Source: Acidimicrobiaceae bacterium
GTDB lineage: Bacteria; Actinomycetota; Acidimicrobiia; Acidimicrobiales; Bog-793
Direction of reading: 5' to 3'
Length of the DNA: 64,000 nt
Assembly: GCA_003136185.1 (NCBI GenBank)
Contig: PLDN01000108.1
Location: forward strand, 7,312 to 71,311
Of the stretch, positions 25,971-33,124 are shown in pieces. Made by a program: the position numbers and the translations under genes. Below the pieces are notes generated by a model. The model was not told where the DNA came from and made no database searches. It saw only the letters and a list, made by a program, of their open reading frames with translations. Within the stretch, counting starts at the first letter, position 1; each line of letters opens with the position of its first letter.

Positions 25971-27524
25971 ATGTCCGTCACAACCCTTGCAACGCCCACC
26001 CCCGACGATTCGGAGCGCTTCGGCACCTTCGACGCGATGGGCACGTACATCCCGATGCAGATCACCGAGGATGACCTGGGAGATCTTTCCCTCGAAGAGG
26101 CAATCGACAGCACGATCCACCCGTTCGACGATGGCGACATCGTGAAGGGCACGGTCGTCAAGATCGACAAGGACGAGGTACTGCTCGATATCGGCTTCAA
26201 GTCCGAGGGCGTGATTCCCTCCCGCGAGCTATCGATTCGCCACGATCTCGACCCGCATGAGGTGGTCTCGCTCGGTGAGGAGATCGAGGCGCTCGTCCTC
26301 CAGAAGGAGGACAAGGAAGGCCGTCTCATCATGTCGAAGAAGCGCGCGCAGTACGAGCGCGCTTGGGGCGACATCGAGCGCATCAAGGAATCGAGCGGCA
26401 TCGTGAAGGGCCCGGTCATCGAGGTCGTGAAGGGCGGGTTGATCCTCGACATCGGCCTGCGGGGTTTCTTGCCGGCTTCCCTCGTCGAGTTGCGCCGGGT
26501 GCGCGATCTGCAGCCTTACATCGGTCGCGTGCTCGAGGCGAAGATCATCGAGCTCGACAAGAACCGCAACAACGTCGTGCTCTCCCGGCGGGCGTGGCTC
26601 GAGGAGACTCAGCGCGAGCAGCGCGGCGAGTTCCTCGTGAACCTGAAGCCCGGCGAGGTCCGCAAGGGCGTGGTCTCCTCGGTCGTCAACTTCGGTGCGT
26701 TCGTCGACCTCGGTGGCATGGACGGTCTCGTCCACGTCTCGGAGCTCTCGTGGAAGCACGTCGACCACCCGTCATCGGTGGTCGCAGTCGGCGATGAAGT
26801 CACAGTCCAGGTGCTCGACGTCGACCTCGACAAGGAGCGGATCTCGCTCTCGCTGAAGGCGACCCAGGTCGACCCGTGGCAGGAGTTCGCGACGAACCAC
26901 CGCATGGGCGAGCTCGTCTACGGTCGCATCACCAAGCTCGTGCCGTTCGGCGCCTTCGTCCAGGTCGGCGATGGGATCGAAGGACTCGTTCACATCTCCG
27001 AGATGGCCGCTCACCACGTCGACCTGCCCGAGCAGGTTGTCACACCGGGCGAAGAGCTCTGGGTGAAGATCATCGACATCGACCTCCAGCGCCGCCGGAT
27101 CAGCTTGTCGATCAAGCAGGCCGCAGAGGGCGGCATCGTGGCCGAGGAGTACCAGGAAGCGTTCGGCGAGCACGCCTACGACGAGCAGGGCAACTACATC
27201 GGATACGACTATTCGACCGAGTTCACTCCTGAGACCGAGGCACAGGCGGCTTGGGCTGACTTCCAGGCCGTAGCAGGTGACGCCGCAGCCGAACCCGCAG
27301 CGTCTTCGGCGTCTGGAGAAGAGGGAGGCCCCGCCGATCCCGCACCGGCGGCCGCAGCTGAGGCCGAAGTTGTTGCCGAGATCGAGGCTGAGGCTGTCGT
27401 CGAAGAGATAGCGGAGGCAGAGGCCGTCGTCGAAGAGATAGTTGAGGCTGAAGCGGTCGTCGAAGAGGTTGCCGAGACCGAGGCCGCCGAGGCGGCCGAC
27501 GAGGCTCCTGCAGCGACGGAGTAG
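25971..27524 (+). CDS. rpsA: 30S ribosomal protein S1 with an acidic repeat tail
   Basis: Repeated S1/OB domains (GDIVKGTVVKIDKDEVLLDIG, GIVKGPVIEVVKGGLILDIG, GEVRKGVVSSVVNFGAFVDLG, GELVYGRITKLVPFGAFVQVG). The C-terminal ~90 aa are Ala/Glu-rich. Confidence 0.95.
   Translation: MSVTTLATPTPDDSERFGTFDAMGTYIPMQITEDDLGDLSLEEAIDSTIHPFDDGDIVKGTVVKIDKDEVLLDIGFKSEGVIPSRELSIRHDLDPHEVVSLGEEIEALVLQKEDKEGRLIMSKKRAQYERAWGDIERIKESSGIVKGPVIEVVKGGLILDIGLRGFLPASLVELRRVRDLQPYIGRVLEAKIIELDKNRNNVVLSRRAWLEETQREQRGEFLVNLKPGEVRKGVVSSVVNFGAFVDLGGMDGLVHVSELSWKHVDHPSSVVAVGDEVTVQVLDVDLDKERISLSLKATQVDPWQEFATNHRMGELVYGRITKLVPFGAFVQVGDGIEGLVHISEMAAHHVDLPEQVVTPGEELWVKIIDIDLQRRRISLSIKQAAEGGIVAEEYQEAFGEHAYDEQGNYIGYDYSTEFTPETEAQAAWADFQAVAGDAAAEPAASSASGEEGGPADPAPAAAAEAEVVAEIEAEAVVEEIAEAEAVVEEIVEAEAVVEEVAETEAAEAADEAPAATE
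27384..27473 (+). repeat. 3 x 30-nt in-frame tandem repeat in the rpsA tail
   Basis: Units 27384-27413, 27414-27443 and 27444-27473 (gaggctgaggctgtcgtcgaagagatagcg and variants) encode EAEAVVEEIA / EAEAVVEEIV / EAEAVVEEVA. Confidence 0.85.
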
Positions 27525-27561
27525 CCCGACTTCGATTCGCCCGACCGGTCCCATGATGCGG

Positions 27562-27583
27562 CTCCTTTGTGTACACAAAGGAG
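27562..27583. promoter_or_regulatory. Perfect 22-nt palindrome overlapping the Shine-Dalgarno of the Phd-like ORF
   Basis: CTCCTTTGTGTACACAAAGGAG equals its own reverse complement. It lies 38 nt after the rpsA stop. Its right arm contains AAGGAG, 7 nt before ATG 27590. Confidence 0.5.
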
Positions 27584-27589
27584 TCACAG

Positions 27590-27967
27590 ATGACTGATCT
27601 GAAGAGCGTCGGCGTGAGGGAGTTCTGGAACAATGCGAGCACGTACTTGTCCGGCTCCGAGCCTGTCGCTGTTAATCGTCATGGCAAGGTGATCGGCTTC
27701 TACATCCCGGCGGAGCGCGACGAAGACGCGAGCGAGCGTGCCCATAGCGGCATCGTCTCGGCGAGTTCATGGGTGAGCGGCGCGAGCAGGCGGACGTGCC
27801 CGTCTGAGGTCTCAATGAACTCAGCCTTGCGGAAGGTCGGCGTTCCACCATGTCGAGCACGAAGCCTTCGACTTCAGGCCGGACCGGCTCGATCAGGTCG
27901 AGCGCCATGCTTCGAGGATCGTGATTGGTCGCCAGCTCGCCACCTGGCGCTCGAAGGCTGCCGGTGA
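27590..27967 (+). CDS. Phd/YefM-type antitoxin-like ORF; only the N-terminal ~45 aa look genuine
   Basis: MTDLKSVGVREFWNNASTYLSGSEPVAVNRHGKVIGFYIPAERDED matches the antitoxin N-domain pattern (..vsvre.r.n.s..l.......v.itrhGkpva.lvp.e). After about nt 27725 the frame becomes Ser/Arg/Cys/Trp-rich and runs antisense to a better minus-strand reading. There is no partner toxin ORF downstream on this strand. Confidence 0.5.
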   Translation: MTDLKSVGVREFWNNASTYLSGSEPVAVNRHGKVIGFYIPAERDEDASERAHSGIVSASSWVSGASRRTCPSEVSMNSALRKVGVPPCRARSLRLQAGPARSGRAPCFEDRDWSPARHLALEGCR

Positions 27968-28460
27968 GATCCGTCCTTCGCCCAGCAGAACGACAAGCCC
28001 CAAGTAGCGAGCCACGCTGCGGGCTCCCCGGCGGCTGACCGTGACGTCTTCGAGGACGGAGGCTCCAGCACCGAGCTGGGCGAAGAACGTGACGACCGGG
28101 AGAACGTCGCCCGGCGCGTCGTGGCCGAGCGCTTGGCGGGCGCTGAGATCCCCGTGATGTACCAGGCGGCGCTCATACTCGGCCCGGTGGACCGCAGCCC
28201 GCTCGGCTGGAGTTTCAGCGGTGCACCGTTTCGGCTCGCCACGATGGGCGCGCGCTAAGAGCTGGGAGTCGACCTCCCGCCGGGCTGCCATCAATGCTCC
28301 TGTTTCAGGCGTGGGCCGATGTCATCGAGCCGCTTGCCGTCCAGGGACCTAGCCGCGGCGGCGATGATGCGGACGCGTACCGGCTCGCACGAGCCGCCAT
28401 CTACCGCGACCGATTTCGGAGGATCGTTCACGAGACCGGAGAGATCCTGCGCGGGCACCT
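27700..28460 (-). pseudogene. Cas1-like (CRISPR integrase/casposase family) gene, broken into at least four frame segments
   Basis: Minus-strand segments in order: EVPAQDLSGLV...ARSLDGKRLDDIGPRLKQEH* (28458-28291); MAARREVDSQLLARAH...ALGHDAPGDVLPVVTFFAQLG...VSRRGARSVARYLGLVVLL (28291 to ~27945); GGELATNHDPRSMALDLIEPVRPEVEGFVLDMVERR (27944-27837); FRKAEFIETSDGHVRLLAPLTHELAETM...* (27834-27700). By eye these match the successive conserved Cas1 blocks with roughly correct spacing. The call is from memory of Cas1 alignments, not a search. Confidence 0.4.
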
Positions 28461-29181
28461 CGGTCCAATCGACAGCTCGGAGGACGTGCTTCCGAGGATG
28501 GCCGCCGGTCCGGGCGCGGCGGTAGCTGTGCTCCTCCAGCGAACTCTCATTGAAGCTTTCACTGTGGAGCCAGCGCCCGGGCGTGATGTGCCTGCTTGAG
28601 ACTGACGTGTGCCGCTGCCACGCTCACTGGGGGACCGCCCAGCTGCGAGGCAGCTCGATGACACGGGGCGCTTCGGTGAGCTGAAGGCTGAACAAGCCGA
28701 GGCTCCACGGGTCGACGCGATCGCGGCGAGCCCGACGGTTTGCTGGACGACCGCGATCTTGAGCCATTTCACGTTGCTTTGGGTGCCATCATGTTCGCCG
28801 ACCAGGTCAGCGACGTCACGCGGCGCAAGGCCGTCGAGTTGTTGGATCGATTCCCGCTCATCGAGACCTACCGGAGTCAACTCGACCTTCTGGAGCCAGG
28901 TCACGCCTGGATCGCGGATGCTCCTGCGCGTGAGTTAGCTGCAGTGGCGCAAGCTGCGATCACGTTCGCCGAAGCAGCTTTCGCAGGCGCACTCGACGGG
29001 GACATGGTTCCTTGGCCGCTCGTGTGGGTGATGGTCGTCTGCTTTGGCCCAAGCTTCGGCTATCTCAGGACAGTTGCTCAGCTGTTCGCTGAAGCGGGGA
29101 CCCCCGCCGGCAACGATCGTCCCATGGCTCGACTCCGAGCGCCTGGCAGCATCCGACTCGTCGGCACTTGCTTAACCGCCC

Positions 29182-29212
29182 CGGCCGGTCCGGTGCGAGG
29201 GCGGACCGGCCG
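29182..29212. terminator. GC-rich stem-loop 3' of the 29226-30077 gene
   Basis: CGGCCGGTCCG-GTGCGAGGG-CGGACCGGCCG: perfect 11-bp stem and 9-nt loop, 14 nt below the stop at 29226-29228. No U-tract. Confidence 0.45.
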
Positions 29213-29225
29213 TCCGGAGCGTTGC

Positions 29226-30077
29226 TCAGCAGGTCGCGGAGTCCGGCGAGCTGCCTGGCCCGATCTCGGGATCGTCGACGATGCCCTGCGAGGTGGACCG
29301 GAGTATGGCGCCCAGGTGCACGACGTACCACTCACCTCGCCACGAGATGAGAGAGGCGATACCGAAAGAGCGGACCTGGCCGTCCTGTCGGTAGACGATG
29401 CGCGAGTTGGCGACCTCGTAGTACCCGACGCTGTTGTCGCAGACCCCGGGGGGGATCCAGTGGCCGTACTGCTCGGGAACGTTGACGACGATCAAGCTGG
29501 CCCTTCCCGCGAGCTGGCCGAGGAGGGCGTGGGCGGCCTGCAGATCGGCGGCGAAGTCGGCGAGAAGTCGATAGGTGTAGTCGGCCGCCGGGTCGGAGAG
29601 GGTCTTGAGCTGGAGGTAGGCGTTCTCGGGGAAGAAGGCCGGCCGTGCCTCGACGGGCGAGCCGGAGACCACCCCCCGCCACAAGGCGGCCATCTCCGCT
29701 TGGAACTCCGAGGATGTCGACGTCGGGAACGCGCTGGTCTGGGGCAGGCTCCCGGCATCGGTCGTCGAGGTGGCAGGCACCGTCGTCGTCGGAGGATCAG
29801 TCGTCGTGGTCACGCCAGTGGCGGACGTGGTGGTGGCAACGGTGCCGGTAGTGGACGTGGTGCTGGCAACGGTGCCGGTGGTGGTCCCACCAGCAGCCGA
29901 GAGTGGTCCCGGCGAGCCCGAGGTCAGCACGACCGCTGTTGCAGCCCCCCCGGCGACGACGAACGCAGCCACCGCGGCCGCGACAAAGCGGTTTCGGCGA
30001 ACCCGCCGACGGCGGTGCCGGCCACCTGGGCGGATGGGGGGGCCGAGCGGGGACACGGGCGGCTTTGGGGCGGTCAT
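29226..30077 (-). CDS. Membrane-anchored extracytoplasmic protein with Thr-rich linker and an unassigned ~170-aa C-terminal domain
   Basis: From ATG 30077: MTAPKPPVSPLGPPIRPGGRHRRRRVRRNRF-VAAAVAAFVVAGGAATAVVL (single TM helix), a Thr/Ser-rich linker (TTTGTVASTTSTTGTVATTTSATGVTTTTDPPTTT), then a globular domain (...ENAYLQLKTL...VNVPEQYGHWIPPGVCDNSVGYYEV...WRGEWYVVHLGAIL). ATG 30122 is an alternative start. The upstream part of the 440-aa tracked ORF is Arg/Gly junk. Confidence 0.7.
   Translation of the reverse strand: MTAPKPPVSPLGPPIRPGGRHRRRRVRRNRFVAAAVAAFVVAGGAATAVVLTSGSPGPLSAAGGTTTGTVASTTSTTGTVATTTSATGVTTTTDPPTTTVPATSTTDAGSLPQTSAFPTSTSSEFQAEMAALWRGVVSGSPVEARPAFFPENAYLQLKTLSDPAADYTYRLLADFAADLQAAHALLGQLAGRASLIVVNVPEQYGHWIPPGVCDNSVGYYEVANSRIVYRQDGQVRSFGIASLISWRGEWYVVHLGAILRSTSQGIVDDPEIGPGSSPDSATC
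29821..29880 (-). repeat. 2 x 30-nt tandem repeat encoding the Thr-rich linker
   Basis: 29821-29850 versus 29851-29880 are 27/30 identical (gcggacgtggtggtggcaacggtgccggta / gtggacgtggtgctggcaacggtgccggtg). On the minus strand they encode TGTVASTTST/TGTVATTTSA. Confidence 0.8.
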
Positions 30078-30173
30078 CGGACAGCCACCATGGTAGGGGC
30101 ATTCGGTCTGTGAGCCCGACATCGACGATGGCCGCGGGGCCGCCGGGCTGAGGGTGGTGCGTAGTCTGACGGC

Positions 30174-31292
30174 GTGCCCAGCCCTCGCTCCCAGCCTCGT
30201 CGCCGACCGTGGGCGGCGTCGGCGGTCCTGGCGAGCGCCATGGTGCTCCTCGCCTCCTGCAGCGGGGTGGGCTCGAGCGCTCACGGGCAGAGACGGTCGA
30301 ACCGGTCGACCTCGTCGTCGACGGGCGCCGGCCACGTCGCCACCACCACCTCCCGAGGCCCGACCAGCACTACCAGCACGACCACCACGACCGTCGCGAT
30401 CCCCTCCCACCTGCCGGCGCCGCGGCCGTTGACTCCCTTTGGCGCGCTCTCGGCGAGCGGCCAGGGCGTGTGGACGCCGGCAGGTCGCCGGGTCCAGGGC
30501 CTGAATGCCGTCTACGAGACGACGCTCGTCCCTGCCGGTGGCGCCCAACGCGCCGGGATCGCTTGGATGGACACGCGACTGCTTTCGGCGCGGCTCTACT
30601 CGGGCTCGATCAGCCCTGGCGGTGGCCCGTACCGCTTCACCGCCCCAGTCCTGCCCCGCCAGTCGGCATCCCTCGTCGCCGCCTTCAACGGCGGTTCCCA
30701 GATGGGCGTGGCCGGGGGCGGTTACTACACCGAGGGCCGGCTCATCGACCCGCTCGTCGCCGGAGCGGCCTCCCTCGTGATCTACTCAGACGGCTCCGTG
30801 GCCGTCGGGGCTTGGGGCAGTGACGTCGCAATGACCCCGAACGTGGTGGCGGTCCGCCAGAACCTGGTTCCCCTCGTGGCCGACGGTCGACCGACCGCGC
30901 AAGCGGCCAGCGCCGACTGGCAGTCATGGGGAGCGACGTGTGGGGCGACGTCGTGCCTCCCGACCGTGCCCGGCATCGAGCACCAGTGGCGGTCGGGCGT
31001 CGGAGTGACCGCGGACGGCGCGCTCGTCTACGTCACCGGGTCGGCGCTCGATCCCCTCCAGCTCGCTCAGCTGCTGGTCCAGGCCGGTGTGGTCCGGGGG
31101 ATGCAGCTCGACATCAATCCCTTCTGGACCGTCCTGGTGACCTACGATCCGCCCACGCCGGGTGGCAAGGCCGCACCGTCCAACGGCAGCAAGCTGCTAG
31201 GCGCGACCGAGCAGGGCCCGGCCACTTTCTTCGATCCCTTGTGGGCGCGGGACTTCGTCACCATGTCGGCGCGGTCGGCATCAACGGGCTGA
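30174..31292 (+). CDS. Lipoprotein, phosphodiester glycosidase (NAGPA/DUF2233-like) family
   Basis: Signal peptide plus lipobox AMVLLASC|SG and a Thr/Ser-rich linker. The C-terminal domain has RSGVGVTADGALVYVTGSALDPLQLAQLLVQAGVVRGMQLDINPFW, matching the family pattern R.a.G...dG.l..v...g......la.ll...G...a..LD.g. Confidence 0.75.
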   Translation: MPSPRSQPRRRPWAASAVLASAMVLLASCSGVGSSAHGQRRSNRSTSSSTGAGHVATTTSRGPTSTTSTTTTTVAIPSHLPAPRPLTPFGALSASGQGVWTPAGRRVQGLNAVYETTLVPAGGAQRAGIAWMDTRLLSARLYSGSISPGGGPYRFTAPVLPRQSASLVAAFNGGSQMGVAGGGYYTEGRLIDPLVAGAASLVIYSDGSVAVGAWGSDVAMTPNVVAVRQNLVPLVADGRPTAQAASADWQSWGATCGATSCLPTVPGIEHQWRSGVGVTADGALVYVTGSALDPLQLAQLLVQAGVVRGMQLDINPFWTVLVTYDPPTPGGKAAPSNGSKLLGATEQGPATFFDPLWARDFVTMSARSASTG

Positions 31293-31516
31293 CCGATAAA
31301 TGGCTGCGAGACGGCGGCCAGTTCATGACCACGGCAGATGCAGAGCCGGCTTCGAGTAGGTGAGGGTGACGAGGGACGGGACGACACGGTCTTGTTGTGC
31401 GGCGGCTTGGCGCCGTCGTGAGCCACGGTCGTCAGCTTGACTGTGAGGCGGTGGGTGCGCGCTACGAAGCTCCTATAGACGTCAAGTCCCGTCCGAGTGA
31501 CCCGACGGCGGTGTCC

Positions 31517-31930
31517 TCAGGCGGCCACGAGGTCGCCGACGCCAACGAGAGTTCGACCGGTGAGGACGTTGAAGACCTCACGCGCCACGTAGCGCTTCAG
31601 GCCACCTACAACAATCCGAACATCGAGCGCCTTTTCAACCTGGTGGTAGGCGGTCTGCTCGTCGAATTCGGTCAATCCTTGTTCCCGAGCTTGCCGGCAG
31701 GTTGGGGTGAGGCGGCGCTCATCGAACAGTGCAATCTCTCTGATCGGCCTCGAACACGGACGCCCGGCTGACGGCCCGCAGCCATCTGACCGGCCGGCGA
31801 AGACGCGACGCGGAACCCTGAGAAGAACGCGAAGGCAGCGACGTAGCACTCGACCGAGGAACGCTCGTCCAGGAGTCGCTCTTGCACTCGCGCTCGAAGC
31901 GGTGATCCTGACCGGAGACGGCGTCATTCC
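31517..31930 (-). mobile_element. Possible degenerate IS110-family transposase 3' remnant
   Basis: A minus frame ends ...LTEFDEQTAYHQVEKALDVRIVVGGLKRYVAREVFNVLTG...*, reminiscent of the IS110 C-terminal tail (..k.h.eAl.cLKRrla.vvy..L). A neighbouring frame reads AVSGQDHRFERECK (compare aSSG...RHRL.rgG). The reading is split across frames and there is no intact ORF. My hand-counted GC3 of ~68% is below that of the core genes. Confidence 0.3.
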
Positions 31931-32061
31931 TCGGATGTGGCTGTCCTACTTGGACGGTGCAAACGCTGCGCGACGAGCTGGCTTGCCGATGACCCGGTGT
32001 TGTGAGTCGATGTGGAACGGTGCGCTGTTCTAGAGGCTTTCTATGCCCCCTACACCTCGCC

Positions 32062-33123
32062 TCAGGTGTTCGAGTGGCCGGCGGCCGTAGCTTCTGTCGA
32101 GGCAGGAGCGCCGAGCGGGAAGTGACAGGCCACGAAGTGGTCGGTCTTGATCTCCCGCATGATGGGCTCTTGCACCCCGCAGATCTCCTGGGCTCTCGGG
32201 CAGCGCGTCCTGTAACGGCAGCCCGAAGGAGGCGTGACCGACGAAGGCATCTCCGTCTGGGTCTCCTCCTCTTCGGCAAACGTCGTGGGCTGTGCTCCGG
32301 CACGCGATAGTGCGCGCGAAGAGATGACGCTCGCCATGAGGAGAGCGCGGGTGTAGGGGTGAGCTGGAGCCGAGTAGAGGCTCTCAGCGTCTGCCACCTC
32401 GCAGACCTTGCCGAGGAACATGACGAGAACCCGGTCGCTGACGTTCTTCACGACGGCCAGGTCGTGGGAGATGAAGATCATCGTCAGCCCGTAGCGACGC
32501 TTCATATCCTCGAGGAGGTTGAGGATCTGTGCTTGCACCGATACGTCGAGGGCGGACACGGGCTCGTCGCAGATGAGCACCCTCGGGTTGAGCATGAGGG
32601 CGCGAGCGATGGAGATCCGCTGGCACTGCCCGATGGAGAACTCATAAGGACGGCGCCATGAGACTGAGTCGTAGTCCATGTTGACTTCCGACAGCATCAA
32701 GCGCGCCCGCTGGACTCGGTCTTCGGAAGAGCCGACATCCCAGATGGCGAGCGGCTCGAGAACGAGCTCAGCCACGGTCCGCCGTGGATAGAGAGAAGAG
32801 ATGGGGTCCTGGAAGATGACCTGCATCTTCGTACGGACCTGACGCATCGCCTCAGACGTGAGCCCGGTGAGGTCGACGCCCTCGAACACGACCTTGCCGC
32901 TGGTCGGCTTCGGGAGCTGGAGGAGGGCGCGGCCAGTCGTCGACTTGCCACAGCCCGACTCACCGACGATCCCGAGAGTCTCGCCGGGCAGCACGTCGAA
33001 GCTGATGTCCGACACGGCGTGAACCTTCTGACCTCGCGGGGCGGGGAACTCTACGACGAGGTGCTCGACCCGGATGATCGATTGCTCAGCGTCCCTCAGG
33101 TGCGCAGTGCCAATACCGGCCAA
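32062..33123 (-). CDS. Peptide/nickel-type ABC transporter ATP-binding protein (OppF/DppF-like)
   Basis: [55 protein letters not shown], and a C-terminal oligopeptide-ABC domain with Cys motif [16 protein letters not shown]...ACHF. TTG 33123 lies 1 nt after the upstream stop. Confidence 0.88.
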   Translation of the reverse strand: MAGIGTAHLRDAEQSIIRVEHLVVEFPAPRGQKVHAVSDISFDVLPGETLGIVGESGCGKSTTGRALLQLPKPTSGKVVFEGVDLTGLTSEAMRQVRTKMQVIFQDPISSLYPRRTVAELVLEPLAIWDVGSSEDRVQRARLMLSEVNMDYDSVSWRRPYEFSIGQCQRISIARALMLNPRVLICDEPVSALDVSVQAQILNLLEDMKRRYGLTMIFISHDLAVVKNVSDRVLVMFLGKVCEVADAESLYSAPAHPYTRALLMASVISSRALSRAGAQPTTFAEEEETQTEMPSSVTPPSGCRYRTRCPRAQEICGVQEPIMREIKTDHFVACHFPLGAPASTEATAAGHSNT

Positions 33124-33124
33124 C

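Noticed and set aside
28936-29175. Cas4-like C-terminal Cys cluster (VPVECACESCFGERDRSLRHCS*) on the minus strand upstream of the Cas1-like segments
   Set aside because: The frame has no start codon after the preceding TAA. The Cys spacing (CxCxxC-x10-C) does not fit the Cas4 C-x2-C-x5-C pattern. A full Cas4 could not fit before the 29226 gene, and the frame is antisense to an equally plausible plus ORF.
27525-29230. CRISPR array or cas2 next to the Cas1-like remnant
   Set aside because: I found no regularly spaced 25-40-nt direct repeats on either side. The palindromes at 27562-27583 and 29182-29212 are single-copy. The minus-strand frames below 27700 are just the antisense of the Phd-like ORF and show no Cas2-like pattern.
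30078-30548. Upstream extension of ORF 29226-30548, and the plus ORF 28740-30113 beyond ~29175
   Set aside because: Both are Arg/Gly/Pro-rich shadow frames of each other. The extension would overlap the divergent lipoprotein gene's promoter and start. The plus ORF reads through a strong stem-loop and is antisense to a gene with a clear TM helix, linker and globular-domain organisation.
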